Assembly: GCA_002104905.1 (NCBI GenBank)
Contig: MCFE01000787.1
Coordinates: 1-36,177, forward strand
Origin: Basidiobolus meristosporus CBS 931.73
Taxonomy: Eukaryota > Fungi > Basidiobolomycota
Direction of reading: 5' to 3'
Length of the DNA stretch: 36,177 nt
The notes beneath the pieces are model-generated. The model made no database searches, was not told the DNA's origin, and saw only the letters and a program-made list of their open reading frames with translations. Position numbers and translations under genes: made by a program. Shown here piece after piece: positions 21,957-34,500 of the stretch (positions are counted from its first letter, which is position 1; each line of letters opens with the position of its first letter).

Positions 21957-23951
21957 TTCTTCCTTACTAAAGTTAAGAGGGTTCTGCTGATTTACTTTTC
22001 TTGTTACACCAATATCTTTATGGTTCAGTATTGTCAGAAAGTCTTGAAAGCATGAGTCTGTCTCTATGAACTAAATATTGCCAGATTTTCCCTGGTTAGT
22101 TCACTAGCTGGCAAGTTGCAAATGGACATTCTCTGATGATCTTGAATGGTCCTGTCAATTGTAGCTCAAGCTTCTTCTGAGTGTAGTTTCTCAGCAATAG
22201 AAAGTTCAAGCTGTCAATGCTTCTAGTGATATAGTCTTATCAAATCTCTGCTTCATTTTTTTGGCACTTTGAAATACTTTGGCCTGTGCCTCTTGATGTC
22301 TTTGTTCCAGTTGCTGGTGTCTACTTGGTTGACAATGCTCATCCTCTAAAGCATCTGTCTGCTTTGGTTGTGTGAGATCTCCTGGAATCCTTGCTTCACA
22401 TCCATGCACAATGTAAAGTGCAATTTTGAGGGGTGTTTTGCACTCTAACTATGCAGGCAAAAGTGCTTGGTCTATTTACTAATCCCATCTACTGACAGCT
22501 CCATTTGTATACTTGGTCAGCATTTTTTCAAATAATCAATTAAGCTACTCAGTAACCCAATTAGTTCAAGGGTGATATTCCAAGGTTTCAAGTGCTTGAT
22601 CTGCTGCATTTCCAGGTAAGCTTCCAATGTCTTTGCCATAAAGTTTGCTCCTCTATTAGATAAACTCTCTACAGGGCATCTGAACTTCATAAGGATCTTG
22701 TGGTAGATGAAACTTGCAATCTGTTTCTCACTGGCTTCAGGTACAGCTTTTGCCACGGCCCATTTAGTGGTATGGTCAATTGCTACTAGGATCCAATGTT
22801 TGCATTTCCTGGTGGTTGGTAGCTTTCCTATAAAGTCAATTCCCCATCTCTCATATGGTCTTACAAGCTGCAAGGGAAAGAGTTAAGCAGATCTCTGTAG
22901 TTGGCCTTGGTTGATTTGGCAAATTGGGCATATTTTGATTAGCTTTACAATACCTTGTTTCATTCTGGGCTGTCAAGCTGTAGCTTTTACAAGGCTTTGG
23001 GTTCCTTCAGTTCCAAGATGTACTTATTAATTGTGTAGCTTGTGTTCTATATCCAGGCATGCAACATCAGGGCAATAGGCAATAGGCCTTCCATCAACAA
23101 TTTGGTAGAGTGCCTCATCCTGTAATACAAATTTGTTGGCTTCATCCAAAAAGATTTTCTTGGTATCTTTGTCCACCTCATTAGGAATGGCTTGGTCCTC
23201 CAAGTATGTTGGTAATAAGCTAGGCCAATCTTATTTATGCACTAAGCTGAGTTGTGCAACCTGTTCTAGTCTTGATAGGGCATCAGCAACCATCTTGTTT
23301 TTCCTAGGGCTGCAGACAAGCTCCAAATCAAATTGCTGAATGTACTTGCTCCATCTCAGCATTTTTCTGGATAGTACCTTCTGAGTATATATACCTGAGT
23401 GAGGTGTGGTCAGTCTTCACAGTGCATTTGACTCCTTCAATATAGCATCTCTAGGTCCCAAAGCAGTATAGTATGGCAAGCATCTCCTTCTGATGCACTG
23501 GATAGTTTTGTTCTGCTGAGTTCAGTTTCTTGGACTCAAATCAACTGGGTAGTCCTTTCCCTCATGTTCTTGGCTGAGTACTCCACTGATTGCATAGTCT
23601 GAAGTATTTGTGCACAGAGTAAACTCTTTTCTGAAGTCTGCAACTCTTAAGCTTGGCCAATTAGAAAATTCATTCTTGAGCATCTGAAAGGCAGTCTCAC
23701 AGGCTATGTTCCACTTCAAGGTATTTTCTCTCTTGAGGATAACATTTAAAGGGACTGCAATATGTGCAAAGGACTTGCAAATCTCCAATAATAGGAAGCC
23801 ATTCCAAAGATTGGTCTGAGTTGTAATATGCTATGAGACTTCTTTGGATTCTTGATGACTTCAACCTTTGTGGGTCTAAGGTCACTTTTAATGTCAAGGG
23901 GAGTAGAGCCACAAGCTGGTTAAAAAAATAATTTTGTATACAACCAGCAAC
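21590..23951 (-). mobile_element. Gypsy-C: 5'-truncated Ty3/gypsy element (RT end, RNase H, integrase, 3' LTR)
   Basis: DPTKVEVIK..GMASYY; TLCTNTSDYAISGVLSQ; RPYERWGIDFIGKLP..VAIDHTTKWAVAKA..SNRGANF. Putative 3' LTR 21956-21590 (TGTTATG...CTTGTAACA), preceded by the purine tract AGTAAGGAAGAA (21968-21957). Confidence 0.85.
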
Positions 23952-26014
23952 TTAGGGTTAGGGTTGACTAAATACATTTGCAGTTCATCCATTCCTTGCA
24001 TTTGTATTGTTGCATATGCATATCAATACTGATTGAAACCTGTGAGAAGTACTCTGGGCAGTGGATTATCTGTAACATCCTGCCAATTTCTTTAAATTTC
24101 ACTGGTATCTCAAAGGGCACATTCAGCTTGAAATGCCCATGTACAACTAGATCATCAGTATAGGAATATTGCTGAAAAGCAAATGCATTGCTCCCAGTAG
24201 AGAGCTTTTGCTCCAATAGATACCCTCTATCCTTAGTATCTCTGGTTTCCTATTGATTTCATATTCTGGCCAATGGCTTATAGCTTGCAAACTTCACTGC
24301 AATTGCATGTTGACTTCTGTAGGTTTTCTTGGTTGGAAGATGATTTTCTTGGTGTTGGTGTTTGGATAATAATATTTTGTGTGAGTATTTCAGTAACTCC
24401 CCTTGATCTCATGCATTTGACAGTAATACCATCAATATTGACAAGAAAAGTTGGCTATGTTGCATATGGCTGGGGTAATGTGTATGAGTTATGGAGGAAG
24501 TCCCCTGAATCTCACACACTTGAAAGCAATGTCATCCATTGTGCTCAGAGAAACCTGCTATCTTGCTGATGGTTGGGGTATTACTAATGCGGATATACTA
24601 TGCACTTAGATCTGGCAGCCTTGTAGTAGTCTCCAGTTGAAAGCATACAAGATTTATCTAGCAATGGATACAGGTAGCTGTCCAGGTTGGATGGTGATCA
24701 AGGCCCAGCTGCCTGTGAGACTACCACCAGATATTTGTTCTGCTACTGTACAATAGGTGAAAGATACAGGATGATGGGAATCAGCAGTCAGCAGGATTTA
24801 CTGGGGGATTCTTGTTTAATGAGAATCCATTGAGTGCCAAGGCAAAGGCATGGTCATACATACCTTCAAAGTAGCTCTTGCATCACAGTTGTTCAAAATG
24901 GTTACAATAAATATATTGGAAATGCTTAGGCTTGATCAGTACTGAGTGCAATACTTTATATCTTCACAATATTTGTTGGACTGCATGAGCTTCTTTAGAT
25001 GGGAAATTACTGGAATATATCTGGAGTGTGATCAATGTGTTCCTCCTATGGTGTTAAATTCCTGACAAGTTGGACACCATGTAATGGTGGCATTGTCTGA
25101 TGAGAAGCCATGCAGCTTTTAACATATGCAGGTATCAGGATGGTCTCTGGGTCATATGTTACCAGCCATATGACAGTAGTCCACTAGTACCACATACATG
25201 GAAAATTACATCCTGAAATGATTTTGGCACAAGGTAGTAGTACATCCTCAGAGCCCCAGTTTCTGATATTTGTGGAAACATGCCACTCCTCTAGCTACTA
25301 CATTGCATTATTCACCAGTAGATGGTTTGCTGGGCTCACTTAGCTCCATAAAGTATCCTTGGCATTTCTTTCTATAGTTGTTGTTGTACCAAATAGTTGG
25401 CTTATGGTAGGCACATGCAGGGTACTCTTGTTTGGGGTGATAGGCTCACAATCCATCAGTGGGCCTTGTTCTTTAGAGCAATCACTCTGCATACCATATT
25501 CAGAAGGCTGCAGCAAGCCCAATGGAGTCACTAACTCACCTGACTTAGTTTGCTCAAGATGACAAGTACAGCTAGGTGCTGTTATAGAAATATTAAGTGA
25601 CTGGAACAAGATTTTTGGTACAGTAGTGACTGATAAATGGTCAAATATGACTTGTATGGCAAAACACTGTTCATGATCCTTTGAATACATCCTATGCCCT
25701 CTGCATGCTTCATGGCTGGCAGGCTTGTTACAATAGCCACATGGTCTGTTTTCTCTTCTCTTACGGTGTTGAATCAAAGTAGTCTTCTTCATGGGGCAAA
25801 AAGTTTGACCCCCAGCAACCTAATGCTTTTATATGACTTTTTTGTCAGTACTCATGTGAATTTGACACAGTCTTGTATTGGAGACATTGCACTTACATTT
25901 GCTTAAGAATCAATGACAGTCCACCACACTATACATTCTAAATAAAGTTGTGTCACCCTATACTCACATATAGGTAGAACTTTTTCCACTTTGGTTTAAC
26001 TCACTGCCATATAT

Positions 26015-28316
26015 ATGCTGTCAAAAATTAAACAAGGCTGTCTGGCTACCAACCAAACCTCACTGTCAACAGCTGCAGAAGAACAGTTGGACAAGCTTGC
26101 TTTGATATTCAGTGCAACAAGCAGGGATACATCCAAAGATGCTGTGTTGGCAGTTTGCCCACTGAAGGTAATAATGGGGACTTGACAGGCTCTGAGTCAA
26201 GTAGGCAATTGAGAACCTCTGTGGAGCCACAAGCTGACTGTTATGCTCAGGCAGATGCAAATGTAGCAAATGCAGTACTCTCAGTTAAAGACCAGCAAGT
26301 GGCCATCATAACATCACCACCACCCATATTAGCAACTATGCTGTCAGCTCATACCAAAGCATTAATGAATCAGTTAGGTGTAGTGGCTGATAGGATAGAT
26401 GTAATGGCCCAGAGAAATCAGGAAATAGTCAAGAAACAGGGTGAGTGCATAATATGTGTAGAGCAATCAATATCCCAGGTAGAGAAAGCAGTATTGTTAC
26501 TCCAGAGATGGAACTCAAGTAACCTAGTGTCACAGCCAAGAATTGAGCTATTTCCTGATGTAACAGCAGAGGAACACCATACAGTCCTTGAAGCACAACA
26601 ACAGTGCCCAATGATAAAGCCCACAGTAAACCTAGCACAGCATGGGAGGGAGACAATGTGGTGTTTATACCAAAGCCTAAAAATCAAAAGACATTGAAGA
26701 TTTGTGAAGCCATTGAGTGCAATAATGAAGAGTGGCCTAATATTCAAGAGGCTGCCCAAAGTCTAGCACACCATCACTTTAAGGCCAGCATACCATGGGA
26801 CCATCAGGAACTCAAGGCCAAGCAGAATGCACTTGACTTGTTCTATGAGCATTATCCTGGATTCAAACAGGCAAACAGATTTTGGGCCAACATTGGTATG
26901 TTAAGAAAGTATCTTAAGAATTGCAGAAACTATCAAAGGCAGAAGAACAAGGGTGCCATGGCTAAAAACCAGCGGCTTCCTCAAGAGCCCATTACAAGCA
27001 GGGCCAAAAGCTCCAGACAAGCATCAAAGAGATGTCAGGCAGCTGGAAGAGTGCTAATTAGGGACAAGCAGGCAGACATGAATGCACCAGCACAACATTT
27101 ATCAAGGAAAAAGTTTTGCACTACGCAAGAGGCACTGAGTCAAAGCAGCTGTGAAGGACCTGGCAGTGATAAAAACCAGCAGCTTTTATGAGGGCCCAAT
27201 GCAACTACAGTTGAGAGCTCAGAACAAGCAGAAAAGAAACGTCAGGTTGCCAGAAGAGTGCCAGCAAGGGACAAGCAGGCCACAACAGATGCCTCAGAGC
27301 AGAATATATCAAGGGGAAAATATAACTCATTGCAAGAAGTACTCAGACAAAGTAACAGTGAAAGACCTGGCAGTGATAATGGAAAAGATAAAGGGGAAAA
27401 TGTCTACCTAAGGCTGAGACAGGGAGGCATGCAAAAGACGCTGCAGTTCTTGCCAATTAATGCCGCAAGCCTGGAACAGATTGAATCCCATCATAGCCAA
27501 GAAGAATTACCAACAAGAAAACAGCTGTTTTCACAAGTGTTGGAAGTGCAGCCAGTTGGGCTACACTCCAGCAAGGTAGATGAGTTTGCAGAAAAAGGCA
27601 ATTTGTCTACCACAGCCTCCACATTCTCCATTGTTGACAGAGTGGAGACCCCACTGACAGACAAGGCTACAGCATCAAGAGCTCAAAAGACTATCACAAT
27701 GCCTTCAGTGTAATTTTGGAATATCAATAGGCACACCAAGAGGTTGCAGCACTTCTTCAAGAGCAGTGCTCAAGAATACACACTTGAATATTGCAAGGAT
27801 TTATTGCAAAGACTGGCAGATGAGGTGCCAGATCTTGCAGTGCCAGCTGAAGACCAGGACATGTGGGAACCAGTGAATGTACAGTGGCATAGAGCTGTTG
27901 GGTTCCCGCTAAAGTTGTGGAACCAGATTGTTACAGCAGAAATATTTATTGAATGGTGGATTTTAATGGAGTTACTTGTTGAATGTGGGGTTGGGCTGAA
28001 TGTTAGTGTAGCATATAGGGACTTGTACAAGTCAATACAATTGGCAATTGAGGTACAAGGAAATAAATCAATTTGTACACATGAAAAGTAAGAGAAATGA
28101 TTGAGTCAGGGAGTAAGAAGTGTGAAAAAGAGGTAATAGCCAATCAATGCACACAAACATAGGAGGTGATAGAGTGTCCAGGATCAGAAAGTGAGCAAAT
28201 TGGCAGGGAGCCAATCAAAAGCAACTTATACCTTGTTGTGATGAAAAAATTTGACCAAGTTTTTTGTGAAATCTAGGGTGCAATTATTCTTCAACAGTCT
28301 CTGGACAGTGTCCTGA
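26015..28316 (+). pseudogene. CMC-3 ORF2 (not interrupted by insertions; frameshifted)
   Basis: ORF-track pieces 26155-26697, 26604-27191, 27258-27713 and 27744-28091 are collinear with ORF2 of CMC-1 and CMC-2. Confidence 0.72.
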
Positions 28317-28553
28317 CAGGATCATTACCTCTTAGTCATGGGACTCTAACTTTGTAATGGCCTTTTGACAGGATTATTACAATAATTTCCCTTAGGGAGA
28401 AATACCCTGCTAGTGGGTGAGATGGAATCTGTGGGGATACCAACTACTGATAAGGATGTGATAGTATGTAAATGTAAAAGTAGTATTTATACCTTTTCAG
28501 AGTCTTTGTCAAAAAAATGATGTAGAATATGCTTGAAAGACCTCAAGAACATA

Positions 28554-28737
28554 TGTGCAAAGATTGAGGTTGTTTGGACAACTTTGTGAAACCCCATGCT
28601 CTGGGTATTGGATATTTTGGTGGAAATATTCCAAGTAAACCCAACAAGGAATCTGGTCAGAATTCTCCAAGATTGGTAGGTAATGAACTAAGTGACTAAG
28701 TTAGGGAAATACTTGGGTGTAATTACAAGTTCTTACA
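28554..28737. repeat. Second copy of the 185-bp TG...CA element
   Basis: TGTGCAAAG...TTCTTACA aligns end to end with 19642-19826 (shared core AAATATTCCAAGTAAA..CAACAAGGAA..CTAAGTGACTAAGTTAGG). No TSD here (ACATA vs ACTCC). Confidence 0.75.
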
Positions 28738-29521
28738 ACTCCCAGAACATGGAGTTACTCATAGTAGTCCAAGCAGCCCCAAGCTTTGGACATGTGTCCT
28801 TGGGACCTTCCTAAACATATTCTTTGTGTATGTGTTGCCAAGACCATGTAAAAGTATAAAAACTACACTTACATTCAATAAATGATTAAGTGGAAACCCC
28901 ATAATCCACTTGTTCTCCCAAACTCTTACAAATGGCAAAGTAAATGTCAAGATCTAGGTATAATACAAAATGTACAACGTAGTGTACATCTGTGTATTCA
29001 ATCTACCAATGGTGGCATTTGTAATAGTGTAGTATATTAAGCTGATAGAAGTCAAGTAGAGAGAACTCTCCAGAGATTGGGTTGATGGCATTTCCAGAGT
29101 TAAACAGATCGTTGTAGAAGGGCCAGCAATACAAATCAAGATTTAGATAGCCTTTCATTTTAAGTTTTATAAGATGGGCGAGAATAACATGCAGATATCA
29201 ACCAAATTTCTCATATGTGATCATTTCAAACAAGCTAATCAATCAGCTATCTCTACTGGAATGCGTAAATTTGGATGGTATAGTTATTATCATTGCGTAA
29301 TAATTGGCAATATTACTAATGAATCGATTTTGGGCAAATGGATGGGATTTCAGGATGAGAACTATGTTCATAAATGGCAATTAGAGTGGGTTTTTTCATC
29401 GGCTTATTTCTAAGCAGGCTGGGCAGGAATGGAAACCGGCTCACACGTGATCTGAGGATTTACCTGCGGAATGGGAAAATTACTCTACTTTAACCTGGTC
29501 CGTAAAGGAGAAAACTTCAAC

Positions 29522-31052
29522 ATGCAGGCACTCCGTCTCACCCAGAATCTCACGTCACTACGTACACCTTTTCTCAGAGGATGCTCGACAAGGTTCAGAA
29601 ACCTTCGAGAGAAGTCCACTACCAGCGGTAGCTCCACCGCGGAAATCACCACTCTGGGTAACGGGATTCGCGTGGCCACCGAAAATACTCCAGGCCATTT
29701 TTCAGCGGTGGGCGTGTATGTGGATGCCGGCTCACGGTACGAAACGGAGGAAACCAGGGGTGTCAGCCACCTCCTAGACAGAATCGCTTTCAAAGTGAGT
29801 GGCTGCTTTGTTGGAAGGTCTTTAGACCCGCCGTTTATTAACCAGGTTGTCGTATTGAACCATTTAGAGTACCGCTAACAAAAGCACCGAAGAAATCACT
29901 TCCGAATTGGAGGCCTTGGGTGGAAATGTGATGTGTTCTAGTTCGCGCGAGTGCATGATGTATCAAGCCTCCATTTTCAACCAAGATCTGGAGCGAGTGG
30001 TATCTCTGTTCTCCGAGGTGGTGCAGAACCCCATCATTGACCCCCAGGAGTTGGATGAACAGCGACAATCAACATTCTACGAGATTTCCGATATCTGGTC
30101 AAAGCCAGAATCGATTCTTCCCGAACTACTGCACATAACTGCTTACAAGAACAATACATTGGGGAACCCATTGCTCTGCCCGGAGAAGAACCTCGTCTCA
30201 ATGACCCCTGAGACTATAAAGAAATATCTTCACCAGTGGTACACCCCCGAGCGGATTGTTGTCGCCGCTGCCGGTGCTCCCCACGATGAAGTATGTCGCT
30301 TGGCGGAGAAGTACTTCGGAAATATGAAGCAGAAGGCACCCGAGGAGCCATCCAAGCTAGCCAGTCTTTTTGGCAAGAAATCTCCGGCTGACGAGAAAGC
30401 CAAATACACCGGAGGGACTCTCATGCGTGAAAACCTGGAGCTTCCATTTACAAACGTATACCTAGGCTTCGAGGGTGTCTCCATCCACGATCCTGATGTC
30501 TACCCCTTGGCCACTCTCCAGATTCTCATGGGAGGTGGTAGCTCGTTCTCCGCTGGTGGGCCAGGCAAGGGAATGTACTCACGGTTCTATACCAACATTC
30601 TGAACCAGCACTACTGGGTGGAATCCTGCCAATCTTTCAATCACTGCTACACGGACTCTGGACTCTTTGGTGTTGCGGCATCCTGCCGTCCCGAATACAA
30701 TCAGCATCTGATCTACTTCGTTGGACAGGAGCTGGAGCTCATCACCCGAACCGGGCGTGGGGGCATCTCCGAAGTGGAGATGAACAGAGCCAAAAACCAG
30801 CTCAAGAGTAGCTTGCTAATGAATTTGGAAAGCCGCATGATCCAGCTGGAAGATCTTGGGCGTCAGGTGCAGATTCGAGGTCACAAGGTCGAGGCGGAGG
30901 AGATGTGTGACCTTATTGATCAGGTTACGCTAGCGGACCTGTGTCGCGTCGCCAACCGAGTTCTGAAGGACGGCAAGGGAGACATCACCTTTGTTGCTGA
31001 AGGAAACCTCACCGGACTGAACGATTACAAGAAACTACTTAAATTGCCCTGA
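29522..31052 (+). CDS. MAS2: Mitochondrial processing peptidase alpha subunit (M16 family), 2 exons, ~485 aa
   Basis: Exons 29522-29794 and 29868-31052; 73-bp intron GTGAGT...TTTAG. Basic N-terminal presequence ([20 protein letters not shown]). [11 protein letters not shown]; degenerate HLLDRIAFK instead of HxxEH (non-catalytic alpha); glycine-rich loop [19 protein letters not shown]; LLMNLESR. An in-frame upstream ATG at 29471 is an alternative but less likely start. Confidence 0.96.
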
Positions 31053-31580
31053 GCAACATCTAATTCATGCATTGTATTTAGACTCATCTCATCAAATCCC
31101 TACAATAAACCAATGTGACCATTTGGCCCATTTTCTAGAAGTTACCATTCCCTCTGGGATAATGCCTCATGACGTTACGTTGGTAACTTGCCTGATCACA
31201 TGATTCGTCTCACCACGGCAAAGATTTTTCATCTTCCAACAGCCGATGTGAGAGTGTGATGATGGATTCGGCCATTCACCCACTGCCAATCCCCATTGCC
31301 ATTCACCACCCCTAGCATCGACACCATTCTGATCATGTAAAATCATCTATTCCGGATTCCGTTGACCAAATTGATGAAGTTATATGTATATATATACTCC
31401 ACTGACGTTGACACTGTTTCCTCACAAACCTGAATCCAGTAGAGTTTTAGTAAGCAAGCGCGAGTCCGAAAACTCCCCCCTTCCCTTCTACAGTTACTCT
31501 ATATTTATAGAAGGCACGGGAATATAGACACGCTACTGGTTACTTTTTCGTATTCTTAAGAAGTCATCAAGGCAAGCTTC

Positions 31581-34500
31581 ATGACTTCCGTATCTAAAGG
31601 CTTCGCCACCCTTGTCGAGGGTTTCTCGACATTGGGTTTAAGGCGAGCCCTCCCTAAGACGGGACCGAGCCTGGCGGCACGCCCAGTCTCCACTCAGGTC
31701 CGCTCCTTACCTCGTAGATTACCCAACCCAACAAGCATAAGCAACATCGGATTCCCCCCAACCCTACCGAACGCTCCGCTCACTTTGGTTAGAAATAACT
31801 TTCAGGTTGGCGGTTTGAGCCCCTTCACGCGCATACAAACCCAGAGTTTTTTCACCAGAGCTTATGCGCTGAAGGCCAAAAAGTCCTCCGAGAAGGGCGA
31901 GGGGAGTGAAAAGAACAGCAAGCAGAGCAATTCCAAAGGTGAGAACGGCTCGAAGAGCGAAGGCAACAACGGCAACAAAGGTGAGAATGGCAACAACGGC
32001 AACGGCAACGGCAACGGCAAAAACGACAACGGGAATAACAGCAACAACGGTAAAGGCAACAATGGCGGTAACAACGGAAACAGCGGTAAAGGAAGCAACA
32101 GCAACAACGGTGACGACGGTAAAGGCAAGAACGCCTTCGAAGCAATTCGAAAGGTGATCGATATCGCGGAAAACACACTACAGAAGCCCTCCATCCCGGA
32201 AAACTATCCACAAGTTCTGGCTCTACCGATCACACGACGCCCGCTGTTCCCTGGCTTTTACAAGGCGGTTTCTATCAAGGATCCTAACGTCACAAATGCC
32301 ATCCGCGAACTCATGAAGCGTAACCAGCCTTACGTTGGTGCCTTTCTACTCAAGGATGACAACAAAGATGTCGATATAGTGAATGATATCTCGGAAATCC
32401 ACAAGATCGGTGTGTTTGCTCAGATCACCAGCATCTACCCGACCAATGGACAGGATGGCGATTCTTTGACCGCGGTACTTTATCCTCACAGGCGTATTCG
32501 AGTGACCGAGCTTATCCCACCCAAACCAGTTGACGGAAATGCTGCCCCTGCTGTTGCTGCCGTCGTTGACGAGGAGAGCGAGAAGAATAGCGATGAACAG
32601 CCGGAAGCTGGCGCAAAGTCAGATGCTTTGGGAGACAAAGATGAGAACGGCGATTTCTACGCTACCGCATTCTTGCGTGACCACGCAGTGTCCTTGGCCA
32701 ATGTAGATACGCTTCACGATGAGCCGTACAACAAGAATAACCAGGTCGTGCGGGCCATTACGTCGGAAATTGTCGCGGTGTTCCAGGAGCTGGCCACGCT
32801 CAACCCGCTTTTCCGCGACCATATCGTCAACTTCTCAATGTCGCAAAACCCCGGAAACCTGTTCGACGACCCGGCCAAAATCTCTGATTTCGCCGCAGCC
32901 GTGTCAGGTGGAGAGTCGGATGAACTGCAAAGTGTACTCGAATGCCTTACGGTTGAGGAGCGTCTTCAGAAATCGCTGGAGGTCTTGAAGAAGGAGCTAA
33001 TCAACGCGCAGCTTCAGAACAAAATCAGCAAGGAGGTCGATTCCAAGATCGCCAAGCGTCAACGGGAGTACTATCTGATGGAGCAACTCAAAGGGATTAA
33101 GAAGGAACTCGGAATGGATTCGGACGGAAAGGACAAGCTGGTTGAGAAGTTCAAAGAAAGAGCCTCAAAGCTGGCAATGCCTGAAGCGGTCACCAAAGTG
33201 GTTGAGGAAGAGCTGAACAAACTGGCGCATCTGGAGCCTGCGGCCTCCGAGTTCAATGTCACCAGGAATTACCTCGATTGGCTTACATTGATCCCTTGGG
33301 GACTGAGAACCCGGGAGAATTACAACATCGAGAATGCTATGAAGGTTTTGGACGAGGACCACTACGGATTGAAGGACGTGAAAGAACGAATTCTGGAATT
33401 CATTGCTGTTGGTAAGCTCCGTGGCACCGTCGAGGGGAAGATCATCTGTCTTGCCGGACCGCCAGGTGTAGGCAAAACATCGATCGGCAAATCCATCGCT
33501 CGTGCGTTGAATAGAGAATTCTACCGATTCAGTGTGGGCGGGCTGACCGATGTTGCCGAGATCAAAGGGCACAGACGTACCTACGTCGGAGCGATGCCAG
33601 GCAAGGTCATCCAAGCCTTGAAGAAAGTACAAACCGAGAACCCCCTGATTCTGATTGACGAGGTTGATAAGATTGGACGTGGACACCAAGGAGACCCATC
33701 CTCCGCTCTTCTAGAGCTGTTGGACCCCGAGCAGAACTCATCCTTCTTGGACCATTACATGGACATCCCGGTGGACCTTTCCAGAGTGCTGTTCGTCTGT
33801 ACAGCCAACGTGTTGGACACCATCCCCGGACCACTGCTCGATCGAATGGAAGTCATCCAGCTGTCAGGCTATGTTGCGGACGAGAAGGTTGCCATTGCCG
33901 AGAAGTACCTTGCCCCTAACGCGAAAGAAACCTCCGGCCTATCCGACGCACAAGTTGACCTAGACCCCCGATGCATCGAGGCGTTGATCCGATCCTACTG
34001 CCGGGAAAGTGGTGTGCGTAACCTCAAGAAGCACATCGAGAAAATCTACCGCAAGGCGGCATTGAAGATCGTCAAAGAAATCGATGAGAAGCACCCAGAA
34101 CTGCAGTCCACCCCAGAAGACGACAAGGCCGAGGCCGAGGAAGGGGACAAGAGCCTGACCAAGGAGAAGCGTAAGCCTATGAACGTCCCTGCCGATATCA
34201 AGGTCGAAATCAAGCCTGAGAACTTGAAGGACTTCGTGGGACCGGCGGTGTTTACTAGCGATCGCTTGTACGACAATACTCCTCCGGGTGTGGTGATGGG
34301 ATTGGCTTGGACTAGCATGGGTAAGTGGATGTTATTGACATATGGCCATCAGCAGCGAGCTAAATCTTTACCCAGGTGGATCTTCCCTCTATATCGAATC
34401 TGTTGTGGACTCTGCGCTCACCGATGAAAGCAAGCCCCATTTCGCCAGAACCGGACAGTTGGGCGACGTCATGAAGGAGTCTTCTTCGATTGCTTATACT

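Larger units (their letters stand above)
21100..25887 (-). pseudogene. CMC-3 transposase, interrupted by gypsy-C and missing ~700 bp
   Basis: RPCGYCNKPASHEACRGH at the 5' end. The region homologous to FALALDGF..NLDSYL is present at ~24650-24860. Homology to CMC-1 stops at 21589 (equivalent to ~875) and resumes at 23964 (equivalent to ~1576). Confidence 0.75.
20866..28397. mobile_element. CMC-3: third, more diverged CACTA/CMC copy, containing truncated gypsy-C
   Basis: Termini CCCTATCAAAAGCAATTT (20866) and AATAATTTCCCTTAGGG (ending 28397). Same subterminal sequences and same head-to-head gene layout as CMC-1 and CMC-2. No matching TSD (ATC vs AGA). Confidence 0.82.

Noticed and set aside
28759-29139. 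Two collinear minus-strand ORFs (61-63 aa) as a decayed gene or LINE fragment
   Set aside because: No recognisable motif, non-ATG starts and AT-rich composition. A translated search would be needed.
29174-29413. 79-aa plus-strand ORF upstream of MAS2
   Set aside because: AT-rich, lacks the codon style of the neighbouring genes, and has no motif. Likely promoter or intergenic DNA.
29444-29449. CACGTG E-box as a regulatory feature
   Set aside because: A single hexamer is expected by chance, so it is mentioned only as a weak hint under the MAS2-PIM1 finding.
34322-34427. C-terminal tail of the 948-aa ORF ([11 protein letters not shown]...)
   Set aside because: Read-through into the 55-bp intron. 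The spliced product continues into the protease domain.
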